Positions 1 to 10,738 of a stretch of DNA of 64,000 bases are shown in pieces. Where the stretch lies: contig JAZDOJ010000007.1 in the NCBI GenBank assembly GCA_043798795.1, positions 28,259 to 92,258 of the forward strand. The letters are read 5' to 3'. The notes under the pieces are model-generated. The model did not search any database and was not told the DNA's origin. It saw only the letters and a program-made list of their open reading frames with translations. The position numbers and the translations under genes are program-made. This DNA is from Candidatus Omnitrophota bacterium (GTDB taxonomy: Bacteria; Omnitrophota; Gorgyraeia; Gygaellales; Profunditerraquicolaceae). Each line of letters starts with the position of its first letter. Within the stretch, counting starts at the first letter, position 1.

Positions 1-1
1 T

Positions 2-262
2 GTGGTGACCGCTGTCAAGGTCCCTCAGGGTATAGACGGAGAGAAGCTGGTCAAGAGCATGCGGGACACCTATGGCGTGACCATCGCGGGCGGACAGTCG
101 GAAATGAAAGGAAAGATTTTTAGGATTGCCCACATGGGTTATATCGAAGAGTTTGATATCATTTTGGGCATCTCTTGTTTAGAAAAAGTGTTACATCAGA
201 TGGGATACAAGTTCTCTTTAGGCGCGGGCGTCAAGGCCGCAGAGGAAATTTTCTTGAAATAA
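2..262 (+). CDS. C-terminal fragment of a class-V aminotransferase (phosphoserine / serine-pyruvate aminotransferase-like); 5' end lies outside the window
   Basis: Translation [32 protein letters not shown] resembles the C-terminal small domain of class-V aminotransferases; serA lies immediately downstream (serC-serA style pairing). Confidence 0.6.
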   Translation: MVTAVKVPQGIDGEKLVKSMRDTYGVTIAGGQSEMKGKIFRIAHMGYIEEFDIILGISCLEKVLHQMGYKFSLGAGVKAAEEIFLK

Positions 263-317
263 GGTTAGAAACAGGCATAAAGGTACCCTTAGGAATCTAT
301 TATAACGGGAGTCAAAG

Positions 318-1904
318 ATGATCAAAATATTAGTAAGTGATCCGCTGTCGGAAGAAGGCCTCAAAATACTTAAAGATCGTAAGGAATTTCAGGTGGACGT
401 CAAGACAGATTTAAAACCGGATGCCTTAAAGGAGGCTATTAAGGATTATGATGCCCTTGTGGTCAGGAGCGCCACAAAAGTGACCAAAGATGTCCTTTCT
501 CAGGCGGCCAAGTTAAAAGTGATCGGCCGCGCCGGTGTCGGTTTGGATAATGTTGATTTAGAGGCTGCCACGCAAAAAGGCATCATCGTGATGAATACGC
601 CTGGCGGAAATACCATCTCGACGGCAGAGCATACCATGAGCTTGATTTTAGCGCTCTCCAGGAATATCCCGCAGGCAGACGTCTCTACAAAAAAAGGAGA
701 ATGGGAGCGTTCCAAATTTATGGGTGTGGAGCTTTATGGCAAGGTCTTGGGTATCGTGGGGTTCGGCAGGATTGGTTCAGAGGTAGCCAGGCGTGCTTTG
801 TCTTTCGGCATGAAAGTTCTGGCTTTTGATCCGTTTTTATCCCGGGAGGTGGCTCAGGGGATTGGTGTCGAACTGGTGGAATTAAAAGAGGCCCTGGAGA
901 AGTGCGACTATATCACGGTGCACACGCCTTTAACCGAAGAGACAAAGCACATGATATCCGCGAAAGAATTTGCCATGATGAAGAAAGGCGTACGCGTGGT
1001 CAATTGCGCCCGCGGAGGGATTATTGATGAGTTGGCTCTGGTTGAGGCGATCAAAGAAGGCAAGGTCGCAGGGGCTGCTCTGGATGTGTTTGAAAAAGAA
1101 CCCCTTGCCGCGGATAGCCCGCTTTTACAAGTTGACAATATCATTTTAACGCCCCATCTAGGGGCCTCGACGGAAGAAGCACAAGTGAACGTGGCCGTTG
1201 AGGTGGCCCAGATCGTTGCGGATGCGCTTCTGGGAAAGGGTATCCGTAATGCCGCGAATTACCCTTGTTTGGAGCCGGAGGTTTGCAAGATCATCGAGCC
1301 CTATATCAACCTGGCGGAAAAACTGGGTGCTTTTGGCAGCCAGTTAGCGGAAGGCAGGCTTCTCCAGTTGAATATCTCTTACAGCGGAGATTTCATCCAG
1401 CATGATCTGACGGCTGTGACACTGGCCTTGGTGAAGGGCGTTCTTTCTCCTATTTTACAGGAAACAGTCAACTTTATCAATGCCGTAGCCCTTGCCAAAG
1501 AAAGAGGCATCAAGATCAATGAGTCGAAAACGTCCCAGGAAGGGGAGTTCGTCACCCTGATCCAATTGGAAGTTAAGACCGATAAAGAAACCAGGAAAAT
1601 ATCTGGGACTCTTGCCTCCAATAAGCAGCCCAGGATCGTTAAGATCGACGGATGTTACGTGGAGATGATGCCTCTGGGGGAGGTCGTTTTCATCCAGAAT
1701 TGGGATAAACCGGGTATCATCGGTAACCTGGGTTCGCTTTTAGGCAAGCATAATATCAATATTGCCTCTATGACGTTCGGACGCGAAAAACCGGGCGCCA
1801 AGGCGATCAGCGTATTGAATGTGGACAGCCCTGTCTCAGCGGAGATCGCAGATAAAATAAAGAAGCTGGAGAATATCCTGGCGGTCAAAGTGATTAAGTT
1901 ATAA
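318..1904 (+). CDS. serA: D-3-phosphoglycerate dehydrogenase (long form with ACT regulatory domain)
   Basis: 528 aa; NAD-binding Rossmann motif GxGxxG (GIVGFGRIGSEVARRA); 2-hydroxyacid dehydrogenase catalytic region; C-terminal ASB/ACT-like tail. Confidence 0.9.
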   Translation: MIKILVSDPLSEEGLKILKDRKEFQVDVKTDLKPDALKEAIKDYDALVVRSATKVTKDVLSQAAKLKVIGRAGVGLDNVDLEAATQKGIIVMNTPGGNTISTAEHTMSLILALSRNIPQADVSTKKGEWERSKFMGVELYGKVLGIVGFGRIGSEVARRALSFGMKVLAFDPFLSREVAQGIGVELVELKEALEKCDYITVHTPLTEETKHMISAKEFAMMKKGVRVVNCARGGIIDELALVEAIKEGKVAGAALDVFEKEPLAADSPLLQVDNIILTPHLGASTEEAQVNVAVEVAQIVADALLGKGIRNAANYPCLEPEVCKIIEPYINLAEKLGAFGSQLAEGRLLQLNISYSGDFIQHDLTAVTLALVKGVLSPILQETVNFINAVALAKERGIKINESKTSQEGEFVTLIQLEVKTDKETRKISGTLASNKQPRIVKIDGCYVEMMPLGEVVFIQNWDKPGIIGNLGSLLGKHNINIASMTFGREKPGAKAISVLNVDSPVSAEIADKIKKLENILAVKVIKL

Positions 1905-3649
1905 TGGGAAGTCAAAAAGTAATGAAATTTCACCTCTTTGCTCTTTGCTTTCTACTTTTTTGCGGTACGGCTTATGCCAAGGAAATCGTCATCCTTTACA
2001 CCGGCGAGACGCACGCCATGCTCTACCCCTGCAGCTGTCCGAAGGGGCCAGATGGGGGTCTTGCGCGTCGAGCTACCCTGATCAAAGAAATGAAGGCCCG
2101 ACATCCAGATGCCCTTCTTTTGGATGCTGGTGCTTTTTTTGCAGGAGGCCTGTTGGATGAGTATGCCCAGAATACCCAGCTTGATATGGAGCGCACTGCC
2201 GTCAATCTGGAAGCCATGAAGAAGATGGGGTATGATGCTGTGGCCATAGGAGACAACGAATTCAATTTCGGGGAAAGCTTCCTTTTTGACGCTATCAGCA
2301 AGACGAACCTTCCCTTTTTATCGTGCAATGTCAGGACGCAACAGGCCGAGGGGGTCAAACCGTTCATCATTAAAGATGTGTCGGGCACGAAGATCGGCAT
2401 CATCGGGGTTACGAATCTGGCGGCTCGTAATAAATCAGGGACCTTGCGTTTCAGCGAGCCGAAGCAGGCGGTGAAAAAGGCCGTAGAAGAACTTAAAAGT
2501 ACCGGCGCGGATATCATTGTCCTCTTGAGTCAATTGGCAGAAAACGATGACCTGAGTCTAATAGAAGAGATTAAGGGGATAGATGTTTTGATAGGCTCCC
2601 ATCATCCTTTTAAGGATCAAGCCTTCGTCAAGTTTGAGAATACGCTCCTTTTAAAAACATTCTGGCAAGGCAGAAATCTGGGTGTCGCCACTTTAACCGT
2701 TGAAAACAACGAGTTGACAGAGTTTAAGGTTAATGAGGTGCGGTTATCGGATGAGGTCGCAGACGATGCGGATATTCCGGAGATTCTCCCGCGTTGTTTT
2801 TCCGATCAAAATTGCAGGAGGCAAGGTCTGGCAGGATCCTGCCGGAATCCGGGTACGCCGGAAGCCGATTGTTTATTCAGTGCAGGGCAAAGAATCAGTC
2901 TCGTCGTTATTACAGATAAGTCTTGCGTGACCTGCAATCCGGATGCGGTGATCGACCTTTTGAAGAAGGATTTTCCGGGTCTTGAGCCTGCCTATCTGTA
3001 TTATCCTGAGAAAAAAGCAAAGGACCTGATCAAAGACTTTGATATTTCCAGTTTACCCGCCTATCTCTTAAGCAAAGAAGCTGAAAAAGAAGAGAGATTC
3101 GAGAGTCTCAGAGAGAACTTTCAGGCCCAGGGAGATTTCTATCTGGTCAAACCGACATACAGCGGCATTTCTTACCTTTTTAATAGAAAAAAAATAAAAG
3201 GACGGCTGGATTTATTTATAAGCCTCTACGATCAGAACGCCGAAAAGCTGCTGGAGGTGATTAAGGATTTTAATCCTCAGCTCCATTTTTTGGTTAAGCG
3301 GGATCAGGCAGGATTCGATGCAGCTCAAGGAGAGCCCGAGGTCGAAGAATATTTGCGTGTTGTGTGCGTCCAAAAACATTACCCCCAAAAATTCTGGGAG
3401 TATATCCGTTGCCGCTCGAAGAATATCCACAGCACCTGGTGGGACGATTGTGCCTCTGATTTGGATGCGCGTAAGATCAAAACCTGCGCTAAAGGAGCCG
3501 AAGGCACCTCGCTTTTAAAGGACTATATAGGATTGAGCGAAGAGCTTCGCATCCTTTTCGGTCCAACGTACCTTTTAAATAACCAGGAAATATTTGTTTC
3601 TAACGGTGTGCCTAGCAAAGAAGAGCTGGAGGCCATCATCCAGAAGTGA
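1904..3649 (+). CDS. Secreted/exported hypothetical protein: N-terminal 5'-nucleotidase/metallophosphoesterase-like domain with degenerate metal ligands, plus C-terminal thioredoxin/DsbA-like region (CVTC motif)
   Basis: Signal peptide (MKFHLFALCFLLFCGTAYA); calcineurin-like motifs present but mutated (YTGETH for xxNDxH, LLDAGAFFAGG for GDxxxxG, GDNEFNFG for GNHEFD); SCVTCNPD thioredoxin-like CxxC. Confidence 0.45.
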   Translation: MGSQKVMKFHLFALCFLLFCGTAYAKEIVILYTGETHAMLYPCSCPKGPDGGLARRATLIKEMKARHPDALLLDAGAFFAGGLLDEYAQNTQLDMERTAVNLEAMKKMGYDAVAIGDNEFNFGESFLFDAISKTNLPFLSCNVRTQQAEGVKPFIIKDVSGTKIGIIGVTNLAARNKSGTLRFSEPKQAVKKAVEELKSTGADIIVLLSQLAENDDLSLIEEIKGIDVLIGSHHPFKDQAFVKFENTLLLKTFWQGRNLGVATLTVENNELTEFKVNEVRLSDEVADDADIPEILPRCFSDQNCRRQGLAGSCRNPGTPEADCLFSAGQRISLVVITDKSCVTCNPDAVIDLLKKDFPGLEPAYLYYPEKKAKDLIKDFDISSLPAYLLSKEAEKEERFESLRENFQAQGDFYLVKPTYSGISYLFNRKKIKGRLDLFISLYDQNAEKLLEVIKDFNPQLHFLVKRDQAGFDAAQGEPEVEEYLRVVCVQKHYPQKFWEYIRCRSKNIHSTWWDDCASDLDARKIKTCAKGAEGTSLLKDYIGLSEELRILFGPTYLLNNQEIFVSNGVPSKEELEAIIQK

Positions 3650-3662
3650 GGAGGCAAGAGAG

Positions 3663-4901
3663 ATGACCGATCAACCCAGAATTCATATTATTGATGTGAC
3701 GAACCGCGACGGCGTACAGACGTCCCGTATCTGCTTATCCAAGCTGCAGAAGACCATGATCAACTTGTATCTGAATGAGATGGGCGTGTTTCAGTCAGAA
3801 TTCGGCTTTCCGGTGACGCGCCATGAAACGAACTATTTAAACGCCAACCTCGAGCTGGCAGGGAAAAAAGTCCTTTTGCCCATTCGTCTGGGAGGATGGC
3901 TCAGGGCTACCCCAGAAGACGTCAAGACGGCTTTTCGGCTTGTCCCAAAACTGAAGCACCTGAACCTTTCCATTTCCACCTCTGACCAGATGATAATCCA
4001 TAAATTTAAAGGCAAGCTTGATCATTCCTCAGTGATAAAAGAGATGAGAGAGGGTGTTAAGCATGCTATTCAACAGGGGTGCGAATCTGTCGGTGTCAAT
4101 GCGGAAGACGCCTCGCGCACGAAGATGGATTATCTGATCGAGTTCTCCTCTGCCGCCAAAGAAGCAGGGGCCATGCGCATCCGTTATTGCGATACCTTAG
4201 GTTGCGATACACCTTTTACGATATACGAAAGAATAAGGCTCTTGGCGGAAGCCGTTTCTTTGCCTATAGAGATTCACTGCCACAATGATTTAGGTTTGGT
4301 GGTAGCCAATTCTCTTGCTGGAGCCAAGGCTGCCTTGGATTGCGGTTGCAACGCCTACATCAATACCTGTGTTAACGGAATGGGGGAAAGAGCGGGTAAT
4401 GCAGACCTGGTTTCCGTGATCCTGGCCATAAAATACGGTAACGGCATGCAGGATTACCCGTTGAGCGGATCCGTCAATCTTAAAATGGCCTGGAAGATTT
4501 GCAAGTACGCCTCTTATGCCTTTGGTGTCCCCATTCCTATCAATCAGCCGGGAATTGGCACAAATGCCTTTGCCCATGAATCGGGCATCCATGCGGATGG
4601 CGCCCTGAAGGACAGGCGCAACTACGAACTTTACGATTTTGAAGAACTGGGACGGGGAGACCCCGAGATCATTGAGACGGGCCGCAAGATTACCGCCGGA
4701 GAATATTCAGGGATAAAGGGTTTTAGAAACGTTTACGAAAAGTTGGAGGTCGCATTCAAAGACGACAAACAGGCCACGGAAGTTCTGGAGCTGGTCCGAT
4801 ACGCCAATGTTCATAACCAAAAACCTTTGGTGGATGAGGAGCTCAGGTTCATTGCGAAGTATCCGGATATCGCGCGTAAGATTTTTATGATGGCGCCTTA
4901 A
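3663..4901 (+). CDS. 2-isopropylmalate synthase / homocitrate synthase / citramalate synthase family (DRE-TIM HMGL-like) enzyme, short form without LeuA regulatory domain
   Basis: IIDVTNRDGVQT pyruvate-carboxyltransferase N-terminus, HCHNDLGLVVANSLAGAKAA and GERAGNADL motifs; ~413 aa from the ATG at 3663 preceded by GAGGAGG. Confidence 0.8.
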   Translation: MTDQPRIHIIDVTNRDGVQTSRICLSKLQKTMINLYLNEMGVFQSEFGFPVTRHETNYLNANLELAGKKVLLPIRLGGWLRATPEDVKTAFRLVPKLKHLNLSISTSDQMIIHKFKGKLDHSSVIKEMREGVKHAIQQGCESVGVNAEDASRTKMDYLIEFSSAAKEAGAMRIRYCDTLGCDTPFTIYERIRLLAEAVSLPIEIHCHNDLGLVVANSLAGAKAALDCGCNAYINTCVNGMGERAGNADLVSVILAIKYGNGMQDYPLSGSVNLKMAWKICKYASYAFGVPIPINQPGIGTNAFAHESGIHADGALKDRRNYELYDFEELGRGDPEIIETGRKITAGEYSGIKGFRNVYEKLEVAFKDDKQATEVLELVRYANVHNQKPLVDEELRFIAKYPDIARKIFMMAP

Positions 4902-6182
<1,281 letters not shown>

Positions 6183-6195
6183 GGCCATAAAAGGC

Positions 6196-6224
6196 TTGAC
6201 TATCCCTGAGGCCTGTGTTATATT
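6196..6224 (+). promoter_or_regulatory. Sigma70-like promoter (TTGACT - 17 bp - TATATT) upstream of the OmpA-like gene
   Basis: Near-consensus -35/-10 hexamers with 17-bp spacing read directly from the sequence, about 30 nt upstream of the AAAGGAGAAGG RBS and the ATG at 6257. Confidence 0.55.
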
Positions 6225-6256
6225 GGTTGTGTTCAATTTTAAAAGGAGAAGGTAAG

Positions 6257-6889
6257 ATGAAAAGCAGAATACTGATGTTCTTGGTGGTAGGTTTTCTGGT
6301 CTTGGCTTTATCGGGTTGCACGTTTATTTTCCAAAAGGGCAGACGTTCCGACGTGGAGAAGATCGAAGAGCTTTCGACTCAGTTGGACGAACTCAACCGT
6401 GCGAAGAGGCTTCTTGAAGACAGGCTGAGCCAGGAAATCAAGGATAAGCAGGTTAAGCTGGAGATGTTAGAAAAGGGATTAGTGATTACCGTCGTGGGTG
6501 ACCTTTTGTTTGATTCGGGCAAAGCCAAGGTAAGGTCTGAGGCCTATTCGGTACTGGATAAGGTTTCTACCGTTTTACAGGAGAATCTCGCCAGTTACAA
6601 CGTGGGTATCGAGGGCCACACGGATGACCAACCTATTAAATATTCTGGCTGGAAATCCAACTGGGAATTATCTGCTCATCGGGCCCTCAGTGTTTTAAAT
6701 TATCTGGAGAAGGAAAAAGGCATTGCCGGTTTTCGCCTATCGGCTATAGGTTACGGAGAGCATCATCCCGTTGCGTCCAATGATTCGGCGCAAGGCCGTC
6801 AGCTCAACCGCCGCGTTGAAATCATCGTTTTGCCCAAGCATGAAGGGACGCGCTCCTCGAAAGGATCTGCGGCACCAAAAGTCAAGTAA
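6257..6889 (+). CDS. OmpA/MotB-family peptidoglycan-binding lipoprotein with N-terminal coiled coil
   Basis: Lipobox LALSGC; OmpA-like C-terminal domain (NRRVEIIV) with coiled-coil linker; ATG at 6257 with strong SD, so the track's 6215 start is probably too far upstream. Confidence 0.8.
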   Translation: MKSRILMFLVVGFLVLALSGCTFIFQKGRRSDVEKIEELSTQLDELNRAKRLLEDRLSQEIKDKQVKLEMLEKGLVITVVGDLLFDSGKAKVRSEAYSVLDKVSTVLQENLASYNVGIEGHTDDQPIKYSGWKSNWELSAHRALSVLNYLEKEKGIAGFRLSAIGYGEHHPVASNDSAQGRQLNRRVEIIVLPKHEGTRSSKGSAAPKVK

Positions 6890-6902
6890 CCAGAGGTAGG
6901 GT

Positions 6903-7307
6903 GTGGAGGAAAACGTAAAATCAAGGCTTATTTTGATTCTGGGGGTCATGACGGTTATATTCTTTATCAGCACGGTGAGCTCTTGCGGTAATGCCTACAG
7001 GAATAAAATGGGGCAGGTTAAAGAGACGTTACAGCGCAAGGCTCTGGAGGAAAAACTGAATTTGATATCTCAGGAGAAAGTGAACCAAGAAGAGAATCTG
7101 GCTAGCCTGCAGAAACAGCTGGATGACGAGAAGGCCGGTCATGAGGCGACTCAAAAAGCACTGGTACAGGAGCAGCTCGTTAATCAAAGTTTGAAGGAAG
7201 AGCTGGTTAAAGTTACTAAACTGAAAGAGGCCCTTGAAGAGGATTTGAAAGAAGCCTTGGTTCAAGGCAAAGGGTCTTCGGCCACGAGTACAAAACCAAG
7301 GCAATAG
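6903..7307 (+). CDS. Membrane-anchored or lipoprotein coiled-coil protein; function unknown
   Basis: Hydrophobic N-terminus ending in a VSSC lipobox-like motif, followed by about 100 aa of heptad-rich E/K/L/Q sequence; start codon uncertain (GTG 6903 or ATG 6948). Confidence 0.5.
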   Translation: MEENVKSRLILILGVMTVIFFISTVSSCGNAYRNKMGQVKETLQRKALEEKLNLISQEKVNQEENLASLQKQLDDEKAGHEATQKALVQEQLVNQSLKEELVKVTKLKEALEEDLKEALVQGKGSSATSTKPRQ

Positions 7308-7375
7308 AGAAAGCCAATCATTCTTTAAAAGATGAGATAGAGGAGGCAGCAAGAAGGAAAGTGTATTTTTGCAGG

Positions 7376-7400
7376 AAGGGGATTCAATCCCCTTTTTTAT
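7376..7400 (+). terminator. Rho-independent terminator after the coiled-coil gene
   Basis: AAGGGGA-TTCAA-TCCCCTT 7-bp stem followed by TTTTAT. Confidence 0.6.
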
Positions 7401-7421
7401 TAGCGAGGAGGGCAAGAGACC

Positions 7422-8417
7422 ATGGCGCTATTCCGTAAGATAAAACAAAAAATCAAAGACCTGGTACAAAAAGAAAAGGCAAAAAAACAAGAATCAAAAA
7501 GGGTTCGCAGGGCCGAATCCCAAGAAATAAAAAAAGAAATCCTGGGGGCCCAGGAGATGGCTGTCGAACAGACAAAGTTCTCGCACCCGGAAACAGCACC
7601 TTTTCGTCGCACTCCTCCGACGGATCTGCCTTACCAATACGACCGGGATAGAATGATTCTCCAGGTAAGGGATCCCCGCTGGCTCCACACTTATTGGGAA
7701 GTCGCACCCCCTACCATTGAGAGGCTTAAGAATGATCTGCGGGAGGACTTTTTTAACGCCAAAAGGGTCTTACGCGTTTACGATGTCAGCGACATCGTTT
7801 TTAACGGAGAGAATGCGCACAGCCTTTTTGATATCCAGGTCAACGAATTTGCCAACAACTGGTATATCAACACGCAAGGCCCTGACCGCTCCTGGTGCGT
7901 TGATTTTGGATTATTGCTTGCTTCGGGAAGATTCATTACGATTGTGCGATCGAACGTGGTGCGCACACCTTTAGAGGGGCCTTCCTGGATTACCGACGAA
8001 GAATGGATGATCCCTGACGATATGTTCGCGCGCCTATACGGGATGGGATTTGGGCTGGGTCGCAGTTCCCCTGTGGGAAAGGCCTGGCAGGAGAGAGTGA
8101 GACAGGTGCTTTTTTCAGGAGCTATGGCCTCACCCGGTATGGCCTCGATGGCCAGTCCTGTTAAAAAAGAACTCAAACAAAGAAAATTCTGGCTTTTAGT
8201 TGATTGCGAATTGATTGTCTACGGAGCCACGGAGCCGGGTGCCAAGGTTTCGGTCCAGGGCAAGGAGGTCGCTTTAAGGCCGGATGGGACCTTTACCTTA
8301 AGGTTTGCTTTGCCGGATGGCAGGCAGGTCATGCCAGTTAAAGCTGTATCCTGCGATAAAGTGGAAGAGCGCACGATCACGCCCATTGTTTCCAGAGAAA
8401 CGAAAATCAGCATTTAA
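7422..8417 (+). CDS. DUF4912-family protein, the usual partner of GH57 branching enzymes
   Basis: DPRWLHTYWEV signature typical of DUF4912; sits immediately upstream of the GH57 gene. Confidence 0.7.
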   Translation: MALFRKIKQKIKDLVQKEKAKKQESKRVRRAESQEIKKEILGAQEMAVEQTKFSHPETAPFRRTPPTDLPYQYDRDRMILQVRDPRWLHTYWEVAPPTIERLKNDLREDFFNAKRVLRVYDVSDIVFNGENAHSLFDIQVNEFANNWYINTQGPDRSWCVDFGLLLASGRFITIVRSNVVRTPLEGPSWITDEEWMIPDDMFARLYGMGFGLGRSSPVGKAWQERVRQVLFSGAMASPGMASMASPVKKELKQRKFWLLVDCELIVYGATEPGAKVSVQGKEVALRPDGTFTLRFALPDGRQVMPVKAVSCDKVEERTITPIVSRETKISI

Positions 8418-8429
8418 CCCCTATCAGAT

Positions 8430-10010
8430 ATGTTAAAAGGATATCTTTGTCTCGTCTTGCACGGCCACCTTCCGTTTGTACGTCATCCGGAACACGAAAA
8501 CTTTCTGGAAGAGGATTGGCTTTACGAAGCGATCACGGAGACCTACATTCCGTTGATCTCTTGTTTCGAGAGATTATGCGAAGAGAAAGTGGATTTCCGT
8601 CTCACCATGACGTTAAGCCCTACGCTGATCTCTATGTTGAACGATCCGCTTCTCCAGGAACGCTACCTGAAACATATCAACAGGCTTATTGAATTAGCGC
8701 ATAAAGAGATCGAGAGGACTTCCTGGCAGGCCGCCTTTCAGAAGTTGGCGATTATGTATTTAAATCAGTTCTGTAAGGCGCGGGATACCTTTGAAAGATA
8801 TAACCGTCAATTAGTCAAGGCATTCAAAAATTTTCAGGATCTGGGAAAAATAGAGATTGTGACATGTGCCGCGACGCACGGTTACTTTCCTCTTATGGAT
8901 GTATGCAGGGCGTCTGTCAGGGCCCAGGTCAAGGTAGCTGTCAGCCAGTATGAATCTGTGTTTGGCAGGAAGCCACGGGGGATATGGCTGCCGGAATGCG
9001 GGTATCATCCCGGCCATGATGAGATTTTAAAGGAGGCCGGGATACGCTATTTCTTCAGTGATGCGCATGGGGTTTTACACGGCACCCCCAGGCCCAAATA
9101 CGGTGTATTTGCTCCGGTCTATTGCAAGGGTACGGGTGTCGCCTGTTTTGGTAGAGATCTGGAATCATCGAAACAGGTATGGAGTTCTATCGAAGGGTAT
9201 CCGGGTGATTATAATTACCGGGAATTTTATCGCGATATCGGTTTTGATCTGGAGTTCGATTACATCAGGCCCTACATCCATCCTGACGGTGTCCGGATCA
9301 ATACGGGGATCAAATATTACCGCATCACCGGCAACCAGAGTCCTAAGGAACCCTATGTCCCGGAATGGGCCACAGAGACGGCGGCTTCTCATGCCGGAAA
9401 TTTCATGTTCAATCGCCAAAAGCAGGCCGCGTACCTTTACGACTTTATGCAAAAACCGCCGATGTTCGTCTCTCCTTATGATGCCGAGCTGTTCGGCCAT
9501 TGGTGGTACGAAGGCCCCCAGTGGCTGGATTTTTTGATGAGAAAGATCGTCTTTGACCAGGATGAGTTGCGTCTTATCACTCCTTCGGAATATTTGGCCC
9601 AGAACCCGCGCCACCAGGTGATCACGCCCTCTTTATCCAGCTGGGGGTGGAAGGGATATAGCGAAATGTGGCTTCAGGGTTCCAATGACTGGATTTATCG
9701 GCATCTGCATGTGGCCTCTGACAGAATGACGGAATTAGCGAAAAGCTTCCCTCAGACGGATGGTTTGCTCAGAAGGGCCTTGAACCAGGCCTTGTGTGAG
9801 CTGCTTCTTGCCCAGAGTTCTGATTGGGCGTTCATCATGGGCACAGGAACGCATACGAGTTATGCGGTACGCCGCACCAAAGAACATCTCTTGAGATTCA
9901 GCCGCCTTTACGAAGATATCAAATCCAGCAGCATAGACCCAAACTGGTTATCCGATATCGAATACAAAGATAACCTATTTCCTAAAATAGATTACCGGGT
10001 CCATCAATAA
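8430..10010 (+). CDS. Glycoside hydrolase family 57 1,4-alpha-glucan branching enzyme
   Basis: LCLVLHGHLPFVRHPE N-terminal GH57 motif; 526 aa; Glu/Asp catalytic regions of GH57 present. Confidence 0.8.
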   Translation: MLKGYLCLVLHGHLPFVRHPEHENFLEEDWLYEAITETYIPLISCFERLCEEKVDFRLTMTLSPTLISMLNDPLLQERYLKHINRLIELAHKEIERTSWQAAFQKLAIMYLNQFCKARDTFERYNRQLVKAFKNFQDLGKIEIVTCAATHGYFPLMDVCRASVRAQVKVAVSQYESVFGRKPRGIWLPECGYHPGHDEILKEAGIRYFFSDAHGVLHGTPRPKYGVFAPVYCKGTGVACFGRDLESSKQVWSSIEGYPGDYNYREFYRDIGFDLEFDYIRPYIHPDGVRINTGIKYYRITGNQSPKEPYVPEWATETAASHAGNFMFNRQKQAAYLYDFMQKPPMFVSPYDAELFGHWWYEGPQWLDFLMRKIVFDQDELRLITPSEYLAQNPRHQVITPSLSSWGWKGYSEMWLQGSNDWIYRHLHVASDRMTELAKSFPQTDGLLRRALNQALCELLLAQSSDWAFIMGTGTHTSYAVRRTKEHLLRFSRLYEDIKSSSIDPNWLSDIEYKDNLFPKIDYRVHQ

Positions 10011-10018
10011 AACTCAAT

Positions 10019-10738
10019 ATGATAGACAAAGATAATCTTCCCAGGCATGTCGCTATCATCATGGACGGGAACGGCCGCTGGGCCAAAGAAAAAGGTTTGC
10101 CGCGTACAGCAGGTCACCGGGAAGGTATAAAACGCGTCCGGGAGATCGTTAAAGCGGCGGCAAAACGGGGGATTGAGGTGGTCACTTTTTTTGCTTTTTC
10201 TACAGAAAACTGGAGCCGGCCGAAGAAGGAAGTCGACATGCTGATACGTTCTCTGAAATTTTTTTTAGACCGCGAAGTCAAGGAATTAAACAAGAACAAT
10301 GTTCGGTTGAAGATCGTCGGCCGGCTGGCCCCCATCCCTGAGAGCCTGCTGAAGAAAGTAAGGGAAGCTGAGCACCTGACCCAAGAGAATACCGGCATCA
10401 CCATGGTCTTGGCTTTGAATTACGGTTCAAGGCAGGAGATATTGGATGCTGCTAAGAAATTCGCCGGTCAGGTCTTGTCGCAAGAAGTAACGATAGACGA
10501 TTTAAACGAAGAAAGGTTTAGCCAATACCTTTACACGGCGGGCCTGCCGGACCCGGATCTGTTGATCCGCACCAGCGGCGAGATGCGAATAAGCAATTTT
10601 CTGCTCTGGCAGCTCTCTTATGCCGAGCTTTATTTTCCTAAAAAATATTGGCCTGATTTTAAAGAAGAAGAACTTTCCAGGGCCCTGGAAGCTTACCAGA
10701 AACGAGAAAGAAGATTTGGCGGTATCCATGCAGACTAG
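10019..10738 (+). CDS. uppS: Undecaprenyl-diphosphate synthase (cis-prenyltransferase)
   Basis: HVAIIMDGNGRWA and RTSGEMRISNFLLWQ motifs. Confidence 0.95.
   Translation: MIDKDNLPRHVAIIMDGNGRWAKEKGLPRTAGHREGIKRVREIVKAAAKRGIEVVTFFAFSTENWSRPKKEVDMLIRSLKFFLDREVKELNKNNVRLKIVGRLAPIPESLLKKVREAEHLTQENTGITMVLALNYGSRQEILDAAKKFAGQVLSQEVTIDDLNEERFSQYLYTAGLPDPDLLIRTSGEMRISNFLLWQLSYAELYFPKKYWPDFKEEELSRALEAYQKRERRFGGIHAD

Noticed and set aside
3594-3662. Upstream extension of the isopropylmalate/homocitrate-synthase-family ORF from 3594
   Set aside because: It overlaps the preceding gene by 56 nt, and a GAGGAGG-preceded ATG at 3663 begins the conserved domain
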